A DNA stretch of 64,000 bases, taken from a virus. A program made the position numbers and the translations under genes. Each line of letters opens with the position of its first letter. Position 1 is the first letter of the stretch. Location of the stretch: positions 64,001-128,000 of IMG/VR virus record IMGVR_UViG_3300005805_009577; one strand, given 5' to 3'. Positions 20,936 through 31,614 of this stretch are shown here, piece after piece. A model generated the notes under the pieces. It was not told where the DNA came from. It searched no databases and saw nothing but the letters and a program-made list of their open reading frames with translations.

Positions 20936-21134
20936 TGATTTAGAAAAATTTGAAAAGAAAAAATGTAGTTCTTGCAACAATTACTTTTATGAACTTCATG
21001 TGGAGCTTCCAAAATATAAAATTTTTATTTGCAAAGGTTGTAGTGAAAAAAACAACAACAAAACTACCGACATGTTTATTAGTATGTTAAAGTATGGTCG
21101 AATTAATATTAAAAATCAAAACAAGAAGTATTAA
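20925..21134 (+). CDS. zinc-ribbon miniprotein (tandem copy 3)
   Basis: LEKFEKKKCSSC...ICKGC. Confidence 0.65.
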   Translation: MMNDDLEKFEKKKCSSCNNYFYELHVELPKYKIFICKGCSEKNNNKTTDMFISMLKYGRINIKNQNKKY

Positions 21135-21410
21135 ATGCTAATTACAAAAAACCTTGTTCTTACAAACGAAGTAAACGAAAAAGTAAGAGAAGCTTCTGCA
21201 TTTAGGGCTTTTATTAACAGTTGTATAAAAAGACATTTTAATTTAGATTTTGGAAACATAGATGATCACGACAAAGAAATTAACTTAAAAGCAGTTAAAT
21301 TCGGCGGAAGAGTAATGTCTGTATACGAATACAGCCCGATAACTAAAATTTATATTATCACAGAAGCAGATAGATCTGTAACCACTATACTTTTTCCAGA
21401 GGAATACTAA
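21135..21410 (+). CDS. conserved plasmid/phage-related small protein
   Basis: GGRVMSVY...IYIITEADRSVTTILFPEEY signature. Confidence 0.75.
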   Translation: MLITKNLVLTNEVNEKVREASAFRAFINSCIKRHFNLDFGNIDDHDKEINLKAVKFGGRVMSVYEYSPITKIYIITEADRSVTTILFPEEY

Positions 21411-21947
21411 TGGGATATTTGACTACATTTACAATTTATAATGATGGCGTGGACTTGTTAGACGATAAAGAAAAGGCACTGAAGTTTGTTGAAGAATTAA
21501 AAGATGCTGCCCATGGTTTGCAAGAAAAAGATATATCTTTAGGAAGCTTTTGCAACTTTTGTAGAGTGCAAAAGCCTAGACATGCTGACGATAGAACAAT
21601 TTATGTTCATGCCGGAAATACTGTGCTTAACGTGGATCCTTATACGACAAATAAAATAATGGATGGAAATAAAGTTGTTGACGAGAGATTGATGAAATCA
21701 ATGTATAAAAGAAATAAAAATTATTTTAAGAAAATATTAGAAACAATAGCCCAAGATACAAAAGAATTGGTAGATATGATGGAAGAAGAGGACGTAAAGC
21801 AGTGCATAATCGAAGATACAGGCATTCTTCCCAATAAGAAATTATCAGACAAAATTCACCAAGAATTGATGCTTGAAGGTTTTAGAAACAAAGAAAATTT
21901 CACTTTGAACAACTATATTAAACTTTTTAATTAAAGGAATAATAAAG

Positions 21948-23282
21948 ATGGCTACTATTAAATCTTTTAAAAAAGGCAAAAAACAAGCAAAGATTGAATT
22001 GAATGGATTTACTATAAACGAATTAATAAACGTATTACAACAAGAAAAAAAGAAGAAAAAAGAAAAAGCTAAAATTACTATTTATGATAATTTACAAAGC
22101 ATATACGAATCAGAAGATAAAAAAGCGATAGTTTTTTCTTTTGAAAATGGAAACAAGTTTAAATTTAATTTACCCGACAGCAGATTTTATCATGCACATA
22201 GTAACAAATTAATTAATTCTAATAATTTTGATATAAAATGTTACGATTTAAGTTCTGCAGAAATGTCTAATTTATCTACAGAAACTTGGATTAAAACTTT
22301 TTTTAACTTGATAGAAAATCTTGCTCCTTACGGAAGAAGACAATTATTAGATATAATAGATGCTTCTTTTTCTAAAAGGAAAGTCGATAAAGATATTCTT
22401 TTTTTATGGGAACAAGCAAGCAAACAAGAGTTTGTACAGAAACTAAATAAAGATCAGATAAGTCTTTTAGCCGAGATTATAAGCGATAATGATGATTACT
22501 CTATACTTAGAGAAATTATAAAAAATAAAAAAGATTATTGTTGGCTTTTTGAAAACTACTCACGCAGAAATGTTAATATTGACAGACACGACGGAACAAT
22601 TTTGTTTTTCTTTAATATCGCAAAAAGACTTGGTTGTTTGGAGCATTTAAAATATGCTTTCGACAACTATAGGTATGTGTTTAGCCATGAAGATTGGGAA
22701 ATTATTAAATATCTCTTGAAGAATGGCTATGAAGCAACAAGGCTATTAACTTATATCTGTCGAGATATGCCCAATCAAGGAATAGATTATTATAATCATG
22801 ATAATGATGAGTGTTGTTTGCATATACTGCGTGATTATGTAAGAATGAACATTCAAATGAAAAATGATTTTGAAAAATATCCAAGATATCTTAGAACTTA
22901 TCATGATGTAACTGTTAAGAATTACAATATAGCAAAAAATAAGTCTTTTAATACAAGAATGAAAAGAGTTGCCAAGAGCTTAGAAAAATATCATTACCAA
23001 AATGATGTTTATTCTATTGTTGCTCCAAAGTCTGCTGAAGATTTGATAGAAGAAGGCATAAGGCTTAACCATTGCGTAGCAAGCTATATAGAAGATGTCG
23101 CAAATAAAGAAACAGCGATATTATTTCTTAGAAAAAATAGTGATTTGAAAAGTTCTTTAGTTACCATGGAAATAAAAAATAATAGAATAGTTCAAGCAAA
23201 AGGTAAAAATAACTCTAATCCACAGCCTGAAGAAAAAAGGTTTATAGATGATTATAAGAAGTATTTGGCCAATATAAAATGA
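21948..23282 (+). CDS. PcfJ-like domain protein (paralog A)
   Basis: YPRYLRTYHD, IVAPKSAEDLIEEGIRLNHCVASY, ILFLRK, SLVTMEI, VQAKGKNN. Confidence 0.8.
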   Translation: MATIKSFKKGKKQAKIELNGFTINELINVLQQEKKKKKEKAKITIYDNLQSIYESEDKKAIVFSFENGNKFKFNLPDSRFYHAHSNKLINSNNFDIKCYDLSSAEMSNLSTETWIKTFFNLIENLAPYGRRQLLDIIDASFSKRKVDKDILFLWEQASKQEFVQKLNKDQISLLAEIISDNDDYSILREIIKNKKDYCWLFENYSRRNVNIDRHDGTILFFFNIAKRLGCLEHLKYAFDNYRYVFSHEDWEIIKYLLKNGYEATRLLTYICRDMPNQGIDYYNHDNDECCLHILRDYVRMNIQMKNDFEKYPRYLRTYHDVTVKNYNIAKNKSFNTRMKRVAKSLEKYHYQNDVYSIVAPKSAEDLIEEGIRLNHCVASYIEDVANKETAILFLRKNSDLKSSLVTMEIKNNRIVQAKGKNNSNPQPEEKRFIDDYKKYLANIK

Positions 23283-23839
23283 GCAAGTCAATATTTTCTT
23301 CATGTAAATTAGCAACTCCTTTGGCAAAGAAATATTGCAAGGGTGGCATATTAACTTTAGAATATGACAAAGATATAAAAAATCTTAGGGTAGGACCCAA
23401 GTTAAATGCACTTAGTCCTAAAATAGAAGTGGCAGAAAAAATGAGGCAAATACATGCCATATTTTACATGCGTCAACTTTATCCAAATATAGAAAATATT
23501 CCAACTTTCCCTGATTACGAGAAAGAAATAAAAAGATATCCTTTTCCCAGCTTTATTTATTCCTATTACTTTCTTAAAAAACCGTGGCCAGAAGCAGAAA
23601 GAATAATATCGCAAGACAAAACGGCCAGCATACTATACTCGATACATGTTTTAAAAAGAAGATTTGAATTGGGTGAAGATGCCATGAAAAATGACCCTGA
23701 AATTTGCCTTGCATATTGCATAAAAATATTTAAAAGAAAAAGACTACCAAATAAAATGCACCAAGCAATGTTATTAAATTCGCTAAAAGAGAGCAACCGA
23801 TCAATCGAAAGATATTTAAATTACAAGAATGTAAAATAA
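23279..23839 (+). CDS. WPEAE-repeat hypothetical protein
   Basis: KPWPEAERIISQD / RRFELGEDAMKND repeats, also seen in 52817..53626. Confidence 0.6.
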   Translation: MSKSIFSSCKLATPLAKKYCKGGILTLEYDKDIKNLRVGPKLNALSPKIEVAEKMRQIHAIFYMRQLYPNIENIPTFPDYEKEIKRYPFPSFIYSYYFLKKPWPEAERIISQDKTASILYSIHVLKRRFELGEDAMKNDPEICLAYCIKIFKRKRLPNKMHQAMLLNSLKESNRSIERYLNYKNVK

Positions 23840-23841
23840 AA

Positions 23842-23873
23842 CACCCCGCATAAACTTGCATCTATGCGGGGTG
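23842..23873. terminator. hairpin between convergent genes
   Basis: caccccgcata/tatgcggggtg 11-bp stem. Confidence 0.7.
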
Positions 23874-23893
23874 CTATTGGATAATAAAATAAA

Positions 23894-24109
23894 TTATACT
23901 AAGAAATCTAACTCTTCGACATAAGGAACATCGGCATTAAAAACATCGCCATCTTTTTTTCTTCCAATTACTTTTCCCACAACACTTAGCATTTCAACCG
24001 TTCTTTGATTGCTTAATCCATTACGAACACTTGTATCTAAACAACCTTCTGTGGTGTACTTATCATTAACTATATTTGTCAATTTAACTGTGTAATTAAC
24101 TGCTGCCAT
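23894..24109 (-). CDS. hypothetical protein
   Basis: MAAVNYTV start with GGAGGA RBS on the minus strand (24115-24120). Confidence 0.6.
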   Translation of the reverse strand: MAAVNYTVKLTNIVNDKYTTEGCLDTSVRNGLSNQRTVEMLSVVGKVIGRKKDGDVFNADVPYVEELDFLV

Positions 24110-24172
24110 TGAAATCCTCCTTGTTAAAGTAATAGATGAATAATTCATCTATAATTATTTATTAAAACAAAT

Positions 24173-24670
24173 ATGAATTTTTTACAAAATATTTATAAAA
24201 AAGCAAAAGAATTTTCTAGAGATGCTCACGAAAGCATAGGTCAGAAAAGAAAAGTAAGTGGCGGGAAATATTATCTTCACACATGGGCTGTGGCCGAGCT
24301 TGTTTATACAAAAACAAAAGACGAAGAAATTTTGGCTGCTGCTTGTTTGCACGATGTAATAGAAGATGTTTTCCCTAAAAATCCTATTTACAATGCCGGC
24401 TTGATACAACAGGAATTTGGAGAAAGAGTTTTAGGCTTAGTTTTAGAGCTTACAGATGAATACACAAAAACAAATTATCCAGACCTCAGTAGAAAAGAAA
24501 GAAAAAGATTAGAGGCAATTAGAATAAGCCAAATATCCGAAGATGCAAAATTAATAAAAAGAGCTGATTTACATCATAATTCCCTAGAAATAGGAGTAGA
24601 TGAATTTTTTAATAAAACTTGGTTGGCCGAAAAAGAAAATATTGAAAAATTTATAGGTAAATGGCAATAA
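24173..24670 (+). CDS. HD-domain (p)ppGpp hydrolase, RelA/SpoT hydrolase-only (Mesh1/SAH-like)
   Basis: RK..YYLHTWAVA, ILAAACLHDVIED, EFGERV..LVLELTD, LIKRADLHHN; no synthetase domain. Confidence 0.85.
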   Translation: MNFLQNIYKKAKEFSRDAHESIGQKRKVSGGKYYLHTWAVAELVYTKTKDEEILAAACLHDVIEDVFPKNPIYNAGLIQQEFGERVLGLVLELTDEYTKTNYPDLSRKERKRLEAIRISQISEDAKLIKRADLHHNSLEIGVDEFFNKTWLAEKENIEKFIGKWQ

Positions 24671-24685
24671 ATATTCATTGCCACT

Positions 24686-25369
24686 ATGAATTTTGAATTA
24701 ATTAAAACAATTTCTCATGATATAAACGCTTATACACAAGGATATTTTTTTAAAGATGGCTTTTTGTATGAGAGTACAGGTTTATACGGTAAGTCTTCTT
24801 TAAGAAAAATAAGCACAGAAGACGGCAGTATAATCAAAAATATAAATATAGAAAAAAAATATTTTTCAGAAGGAATTGAATATTATAAAAATAATATTTA
24901 TATGTTGACCTGGCGTGAGCAGGTTTGCAAAGTTTTTGATTTTAATAATTTTCAAGAAATAAAAAACTTTCAATATTCCGGCGAAGGCTGGGGCATTTCT
25001 TTATTTAAAAGTAAATTTTATATGAGCAATGGATCTAATACCATTAAAGTATTAGATCCAGAAAATTTTAATACACTAGAAGAGTTTAATGTTTTTGATG
25101 AAAATAAAAACCCTATAAAATGGTTGAATGAACTCCAAGTGGTTGACAACTTTCTTTTAGCCAATATATGGTTTACAGATAAAATTGTTGTTATAGACAT
25201 AGAAAATAAGAAATTTATCAAGACAATAGATTTTAGCAGCCTAAGAGTTTATTTAAAAAACAAGAACGCAGAAGTTATGAATGGAATAGCATATGATGAA
25301 AAAGAAAAAATATTTTATATAACTGGCAAGTTTTGGGATCTTTCTTTTAAAACAAAAATTTATTTTTAG
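24686..25369 (+). CDS. glutaminyl-peptide cyclotransferase (plant/bacterial type)
   Basis: YTQG, LYESTGLYGKSSLR, YFSEGI, LTWRE, GEGWG, LNELQ, ANIW, VMNGIAYD, ITGKFW. Confidence 0.92.
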   Translation: MNFELIKTISHDINAYTQGYFFKDGFLYESTGLYGKSSLRKISTEDGSIIKNINIEKKYFSEGIEYYKNNIYMLTWREQVCKVFDFNNFQEIKNFQYSGEGWGISLFKSKFYMSNGSNTIKVLDPENFNTLEEFNVFDENKNPIKWLNELQVVDNFLLANIWFTDKIVVIDIENKKFIKTIDFSSLRVYLKNKNAEVMNGIAYDEKEKIFYITGKFWDLSFKTKIYF

Positions 25370-25585
25370 TTATTCGTCTTTGTTAAACAACATTTGAATC
25401 ATGGCTGTAACGCATAAAAGACTAAAAACTGCAATAACTGAAGTAAGAGAAACCAACAAAACTACAGAACATATTTGTAAAATATTTGAAACTAACATAA
25501 CATAAATATAGTTAAATTAAAAAAAAATTAATTGCTAAACTGGGTACGCCTAGAAAATGGTTATTTTATACTAAAAATTATTTGC

Positions 25586-25615
25586 TTGACAAAAATGATT
25601 AAAAATTAGTATAAT
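25586..25615 (+). promoter_or_regulatory. sigma70-like promoter
   Basis: TTGACA-18 nt-TATAAT, intergenic. Confidence 0.65.
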
Positions 25616-26685
25616 TTGATTTTAATCACGGAGGGTTGAAATGAATTTTGATTTTTATAGTGCTGCTGTTGGGTTTTTTATAGGTATTTTTGCAAGTTAT
25701 TTTGTAAGCGACTTGGTTTTTGCATACTGGTTTAAAAAGAAGGACTAAAAATGGAAAAAAGCACGGTTGAAACATTTTGCCAAGTTGCCAAAAAAATTTC
25801 TCAAGCAAGGACGTTTGTTGATCGAGAGACAAAAATTATACTAAACGACGCTCTTGAATTAATGGCTTTGCATTGTGATTGCTCTGTGGACAAGTTGATA
25901 AGAAACATGTCCGATCAAATTTTTGAAAATATTGAGCATGATCAACAAAAAAAGCTTAAATGACTTTATAAATTTAAATGACTTGCCTCCCATAGATAAA
26001 TACAAAGGAGGACATATAGAGGCTTTATATTTTTTAAAAATATATAGTGCCATTTTAAAAAAAGGTGGCGGAAGAGAATTGATGGCAAAATACATTGGTA
26101 GAAAGCCAATGAGCGTTAAGAAAAAGTTAAAAAGTATTATAAAAGAATATAACAAAAGGCAACTTTGGCACAACCATTTTGGGTTAGTGGTTATAAAAGA
26201 TATAGCACACTTAGAAGAAGGATTGTTAAACAGTACTTTGGAGTATTAAAATGAGTGCTGACAATGGAATATACATTGCAAAGTTTAACAGTGGATATAA
26301 AGTTATACACGCAGGATGTATTGATAACTTAGACTATTATGATGTTGGTACTAAAAAAAGAAAACAAATTTGGAAAAAATACTTTAAGGATGCTAAAACT
26401 TTTAAGGAAAAAAGCAATGCCTTAGAATACGCTATTAAACTTTTCGAGGCAGAAACCATAGTTGAGTATGGCATTGTAGATCTTGGACAAGGAGAAGAAT
26501 ATGAAGACTAAAATAGTTGAACTTAATATAAACGGCGATCCTTATGGGCGGGGCTACACGGGATCTGAATCTTCCGATGGAGGAAAAACTTGGTATTATA
26601 GGGGCGATGTAGGTGCCATGCCTAGAAGTTGGTGGAGAATGTATTGTAGGAAAAACAACATAATTTTAAGAGAGGTCAGGAGATA

Positions 26686-26982
26686 ATGTCGTATAAAATG
26701 TTTTTAGACGACGAAAGAAAGCCACCAGACAATGAATATGTTGTGTGTAGAAGTACAGATGAGGCTTTAGATTATATTAAAAAAAATGGTTGGCCTTATC
26801 ATTTTAGCTTTGATCATGATTTAGGTGGCGAAGATACTACTATGGTTTTTCTAAAAAAACTGTATAATTATTGGGATGAGAAAACTACAATTCCATCTTA
26901 TTATGTTCATTCTGCTAATCCTATTGGCAAAAAGAATATAATAAGTTTTATGGATAGTTGGAAGAAGGCGTATGATGATTGA
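26686..26982 (+). CDS. cyclic-phosphate-processing receiver domain protein
   Basis: MFLDDER, SFDHDLG, VHSANPIG motifs. Confidence 0.8.
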   Translation: MSYKMFLDDERKPPDNEYVVCRSTDEALDYIKKNGWPYHFSFDHDLGGEDTTMVFLKKLYNYWDEKTTIPSYYVHSANPIGKKNIISFMDSWKKAYDD

Positions 26983-27410
26983 AACACTCAAAAAATACTT
27001 AGGCGAATTTAGTCTTCATGCAACTAATGTGAAAGAAAACAGTCCAGAAGGCTGGATAAGCGTTGAGTTCTTTTCTGCTTATCAAGTAGAAAGATTTTTT
27101 AATATGATCGCATTGTATGATGTAGATCCCAACTCTATGTATAATCGAATTAGAAAGGAATGGGATAAAGAAGATAAAAGTGATTTTTGGAAATATGTGG
27201 TTAAGCCTGTCGATTATGGCGTAGAACAAAAAGAAGAAAATGGAAATATAACGGAAAAATTTAAAGGGGGATCTTTATTTAAACTTGCTATTATTGTTAA
27301 GTTTCCTGTAAAAGATTTAGAAGAAGTTTGCAAAAATTTTAGAGATTATAAATATATGTTTGCTAAACCTGAAACCGAGGATAGCAAAGATTCTAAAGAT
27401 AAAATAGAAA

Positions 27411-28064
27411 ATGAATAAAGAAATTAATATTTTTAGGAAAAGAATAAAAAATTTAGAGGAAGATTTATCCTGCTTTAGGAAAATAGAAAACGCTAAACTA
27501 CTTGTACAAATTTTAAACAATAAAAATTCCATATCTAGTCTTGAAAATATTATAGACATAGATCATCTAAGAAAAGAAAAAGAAAATTCCTGGTCTGCTA
27601 ATTGTTTTTTAGAAAGTTACGACGAACAGAAAATAGAAAAAATAATTTTGGATTTTGCAGTTTATGATGGTCACCCCAAAATATTTAACAGATACATAAA
27701 AGATAGAGATTTATTTCTTAATTTTTTTGGATCAGTATATTCTAGGCAAAAAATAGTACTAATAAAAAGAATTTTTAAATTCAATAAAATAGAACCTAAA
27801 GATTTCTGCAGAACATATGAATTGGATTTTAAAGATATTTTAAAAATGTATTATGGCAATGTGGAATTGCCAAATGAACATTACTCCAATTCAGAACGAG
27901 ATCTTGTAATAAACTTGTGTAAATACTTTGGAATAAAAATCCCAGAAAGTTTTAAAGATCCATATAAAAATTGTAGATGCTTAATTTGTGGTGAAAGTTA
28001 TAGGTCTGAATTTGTTTTAAAATTGCATTTAAAAGAAAATCATGGGATTAAAAGTGAAGACTAA
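27411..28064 (+). CDS. protein with C-terminal classical C2H2 zinc finger (paralog A)
   Basis: CLICGESYRSEFVLKLHLKENH = C-x2-C-x12-H-x4-H. Confidence 0.75.
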   Translation: MNKEINIFRKRIKNLEEDLSCFRKIENAKLLVQILNNKNSISSLENIIDIDHLRKEKENSWSANCFLESYDEQKIEKIILDFAVYDGHPKIFNRYIKDRDLFLNFFGSVYSRQKIVLIKRIFKFNKIEPKDFCRTYELDFKDILKMYYGNVELPNEHYSNSERDLVINLCKYFGIKIPESFKDPYKNCRCLICGESYRSEFVLKLHLKENHGIKSED

Positions 28065-28920
28065 AATAGCTAATTATATTCCAAACAGTTTAATCACAAG
28101 CAATAATTCTTGTCTTAGTAAGAAAAAAATTAAACTTATAGTCCAGGTTTTACAAGATGAAAAACCAATGTCGGCTTTAGACTTTGACTTTGAAAAGTTT
28201 AATCAAGAGTGTGAAAATGATAAAGAATTTAAAGATGATTATGGTTGGTTTTCTTTGACCAAGGAAAGCCTTATAAAATTAGTAACAGATTGGACGGCAT
28301 CAGAGGCAGAGCAAGGAGATCAATATAACGAAGAGTGGTACATACCAGAATATTTTATAAAGTATTTAGACTTAAAAGTATTTTTAAGTGTTTATGCGTT
28401 CTTATGTAAGTGTTCTTATGGTATAAAAGACTTTAATAAAAAGTCTTTTATATCTAATAGGCATAATTGTTATAAAATCCTAGAAGAATATGTTGATAAA
28501 AATAATAAGCACAAAAACTATAGGCTATATAACTTTTTGAAAAAGGAAATAGAATATAATCATGTGTATGATGAGTTTCAATCTGTAATTATAGATCAAA
28601 TTGAAGATGATTCGATAGATGGAAATCTCAAGATAATACTCTGTATCAGCGATAGCATAAAATTTGCTAAATCTTTAGAATTAAAAATAGATTATATTAA
28701 AGACTACACAAGTCGTTTTTTAGAAATGGAAGAGGACTATCGTATTAATGAAAATCTTTTTAATGCCGAAATACAATTTTTGGCTAATGATGTCGGTCTG
28801 CCAGAGGAAGAAATTAAAGAAATCGTAAATAATTTTAAAAGCTTTTTTAAAGAGTGGTATTCTGATCACTTCTATAAGAAGTATATTGATTAAATCTTGG
28901 CAATCTACTTGGCTAAAAAG

Positions 28921-28935
28921 TCTTTTTTGGGTACG
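28921..28935 (+). promoter_or_regulatory. T-run-GTACG motif copy
   Basis: tcttttttggGTACG, intergenic, upstream of 28992. Confidence 0.65.
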
Positions 28936-28991
28936 TCTCTCCGGTGTCGTTCGTCTGCAAACATAATCTAAAATAATTGGAGAAAAATTTT

Positions 28992-29318
28992 ATGGGTCGC
29001 CCTCCTGCTGGCACTGGTATTGACATGGATCACTTCATTACTGTATGGATTGAGGCTTACAAGTCCGGAAAGAATCAAAGTGATGTTAGCCGAATCCTTG
29101 GAGTGACTCCTGCTGCTGTTTCAACCAAGGCTAAGAAGTTTCGTGAAATGGGCATTGAACTTCCCGAACTTCAGCGGTCTAGTGGCGTTAACACTGTGAA
29201 TGTGAGTGCGGCAAAGCAGTTAATGAGCCGTCTTATGAATGAAGTCAATCAGGAGACTGACCGACAGATCAAGGAAGTTGAAAAGAATGAGTTTGATGAT
29301 GGCGGAGATTTTCTGTGA
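28992..29318 (+). CDS. HTH-type DNA-binding protein (family member 1)
   Basis: NQSDVSRILGVTPAAVSTKAKKFREMGIELPEL; GGAG RBS supports start at 28992. Confidence 0.7.
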   Translation: MGRPPAGTGIDMDHFITVWIEAYKSGKNQSDVSRILGVTPAAVSTKAKKFREMGIELPELQRSSGVNTVNVSAAKQLMSRLMNEVNQETDRQIKEVEKNEFDDGGDFL

Positions 29319-30969
29319 ACAATGTAAGAAGTTTTCTCGAAAAAGGTTTTCCATGTAGGTCAATTACTATTAGATACCATATAAGTGGTGCTAGGGTTTC
29401 AATTAGCGACTTTGAACATGGAGAAGTAATTAGTCGAGTTAAATCTACCGTCGAACAAGCCCTTCAATCTTGTATGGATGATTTTGATGAAAGTATTAAG
29501 CTTAAAGTTTCTGAGAAGGTTGAGCGTTTAGAAAAAAAGAGAAAAGAGATAGAAAAGGAATTAAATTCTATTTCACGAGATATTAGTAGTCTTAAACTTA
29601 ATTATTTTAAGGATAAGTAATGTTATACTACGATGACAATTTTGGCGAATATAACATCGAAAGCGAAGAAGATATTGAGTTTTATCATGAAATGCAAAAA
29701 ATGTCCGTAGAAAAAATTTGCGTAGATTGTGGTAAAACTGTTCGAATAAAGTCTGATTATGAAGTTTGTAATAATTGTGCTGATCGTAGAGAGCGTGGAT
29801 TAGCGTATTAAGAGGTATAATTATGTTTTTTATTAACATAAACGGATACGAAGTTCCGGAAAATTATAGCGAAAAAAGCAAGAAAGTAATTAAAACTCTT
29901 TCAGAGTGTGGATGTGTAGAAGTTCAATTTGACGATGAAACAATTTTTGTTAGTAGTGAACTTTTAAGTTTTGCTGTTGAAAAGGGCGTAACAGCCTACA
30001 AAAAAGATTATAGTTTAATTCTTTGCGACAACCCTGTTAAACATACTTTTTAGGAGATTTGATATGAACATTAATGTTAATAAAAACTACGATAAACTCT
30101 CTGTGACGGTAAACGAATATTCTGATGACCCGAATGTTGATATTAAATTTTTGACCACCACACCAGATGATGTAACAAGTTCTTTTGATTTTATTAATAT
30201 AACTGTCTTTGACAAAGAATATAAAGAAAGTGCTAATATTACTTTTGCAAAAGACGCACTTGAAAAATTTGTTTGCAGGATGGAAAAAGCTATTAAGGCT
30301 TATAGGGAAAAAAATCTTATTTCTATCGAATCTTAATTTGGAGATAAAATGAAAAATAAAATTATAATGTGGATGGACGAAAATACAGGCAAGTATTATT
30401 CTTGTGAGGTCACTAAGAACTATAGAGTTGCTTTTGGAGATAATATCGAAGAATGCGTGCAAAACATCGAACCAGAAATTTACGAAAAGGCTTCTATTGC
30501 AAAAGATGTTGCTAAAAAAGTTGTTGCCAACACAGGCATGAGTGCTTTGGTTTTACATGTAACCAAATATAAAAGCTTTCCGCAAAATCAGACAAAAGAC
30601 AAGAAAGTAAAGATTGTCCATATGATTATGGGCAAGAATGAAAAGAATCGTGTTCGTAAGACCTTAGCTAATAGCTAGTTTTTAAAAGGGAAAAAATGAA
30701 TAATCAACAAAATGGTTGTGGTTTTTTGCTTGCAATGATTTTCGGTGCCGCCTTGTTATCTTCTATGATTCAATCTTGTAATGGTTCTTCAAGTAATTAT
30801 GTTCCTCAAAGTAACACAAATAGTTTTGAGCATAGATATGTAAAAGAACGGGTAAAATTAGAAGGATATTCTGACGCAGAAGCAAAACAAGCGGCAGACG
30901 CTATTATCCGGTTTCATGAGGCTCAAAAAGCCAGACAACGGTAAAATATTTTTTAAAATTACTTTAAAC

Positions 30970-31002
30970 AAAACCCATGCTATTTATAGCATGGGTTTTT
31001 TT
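30970..31002 (+). terminator. intrinsic terminator
   Basis: aaaacccatgcta/tagcatgggtttt stem plus T-run. Confidence 0.8.
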
Positions 31003-31047
31003 ATTAAAATTTTTTAATAATTTAATATATAAGTAGTGGAGAAAATT

Positions 31048-31407
31048 ATGAATTTTAACAAATTAAATAAAATAATTTCCGAAGACAAAACGTGGAAATT
31101 AGAAGAAGAAATGGCACCTAGCCTTCCAATGAATGGCCAAACGAACAGTCAGATAAATAATCCTGCCCAAGATATACGGGGCAATCTAAATATTCAAATG
31201 CTGACCAAATATCTTCCTAGCCAAGATCCTGTAAAGCTGAAGATTGCCATTTCTAATGTTATGAAGGGTAGCAGGCTGAACAACATACAGTTGATGTCTC
31301 TTGGAAATGCTTTTATTGATTTGTTAAAAGCCAATACCCAAGAAACTATGAAGGTCATGAATTTACTAAAAAGAGTTTCTATGGAAAATGATGGAGGACA
31401 AAATTAA
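31048..31407 (+). CDS. hypothetical protein with leader MNFNKLNKIISE
   Basis: Leader similarity to other candidate internal proteins; start moved to 31048. Confidence 0.55.
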   Translation: MNFNKLNKIISEDKTWKLEEEMAPSLPMNGQTNSQINNPAQDIRGNLNIQMLTKYLPSQDPVKLKIAISNVMKGSRLNNIQLMSLGNAFIDLLKANTQETMKVMNLLKRVSMENDGGQN

Positions 31408-31408
31408 A

Positions 31409-31573
31409 ATGAAAAAGTTTAATGATTGGATGAAAGAAAAAGCTTTGGGAATGAAAAAAGAACATCCACATAAAATAGAGGAACCAGGAACAGTGAAAGA
31501 TGTTCAAGTTAAGCCTGGCACTGTGGACGGCGATAAGTCAAAGCCAGTTAAAAAAGACAAAGAAAGTCTTTAA
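31409..31573 (+). CDS. small basic protein with leader MKKFNDWMKE
   Basis: GGAGG RBS upstream of 31409. Confidence 0.55.
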   Translation: MKKFNDWMKEKALGMKKEHPHKIEEPGTVKDVQVKPGTVDGDKSKPVKKDKESL

Positions 31574-31614
31574 TTTTTATTAGATAAAAAATATTTTTTT
31601 AATATAATAAGGTT

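Noticed and set aside
28921-28945. GTACG motif as a sigma54 -24 element (TGGCACG-like)
   Set aside because: No TTGC -12 box at the required spacing in the copies checked (e.g. 28929, 41327, 58043)
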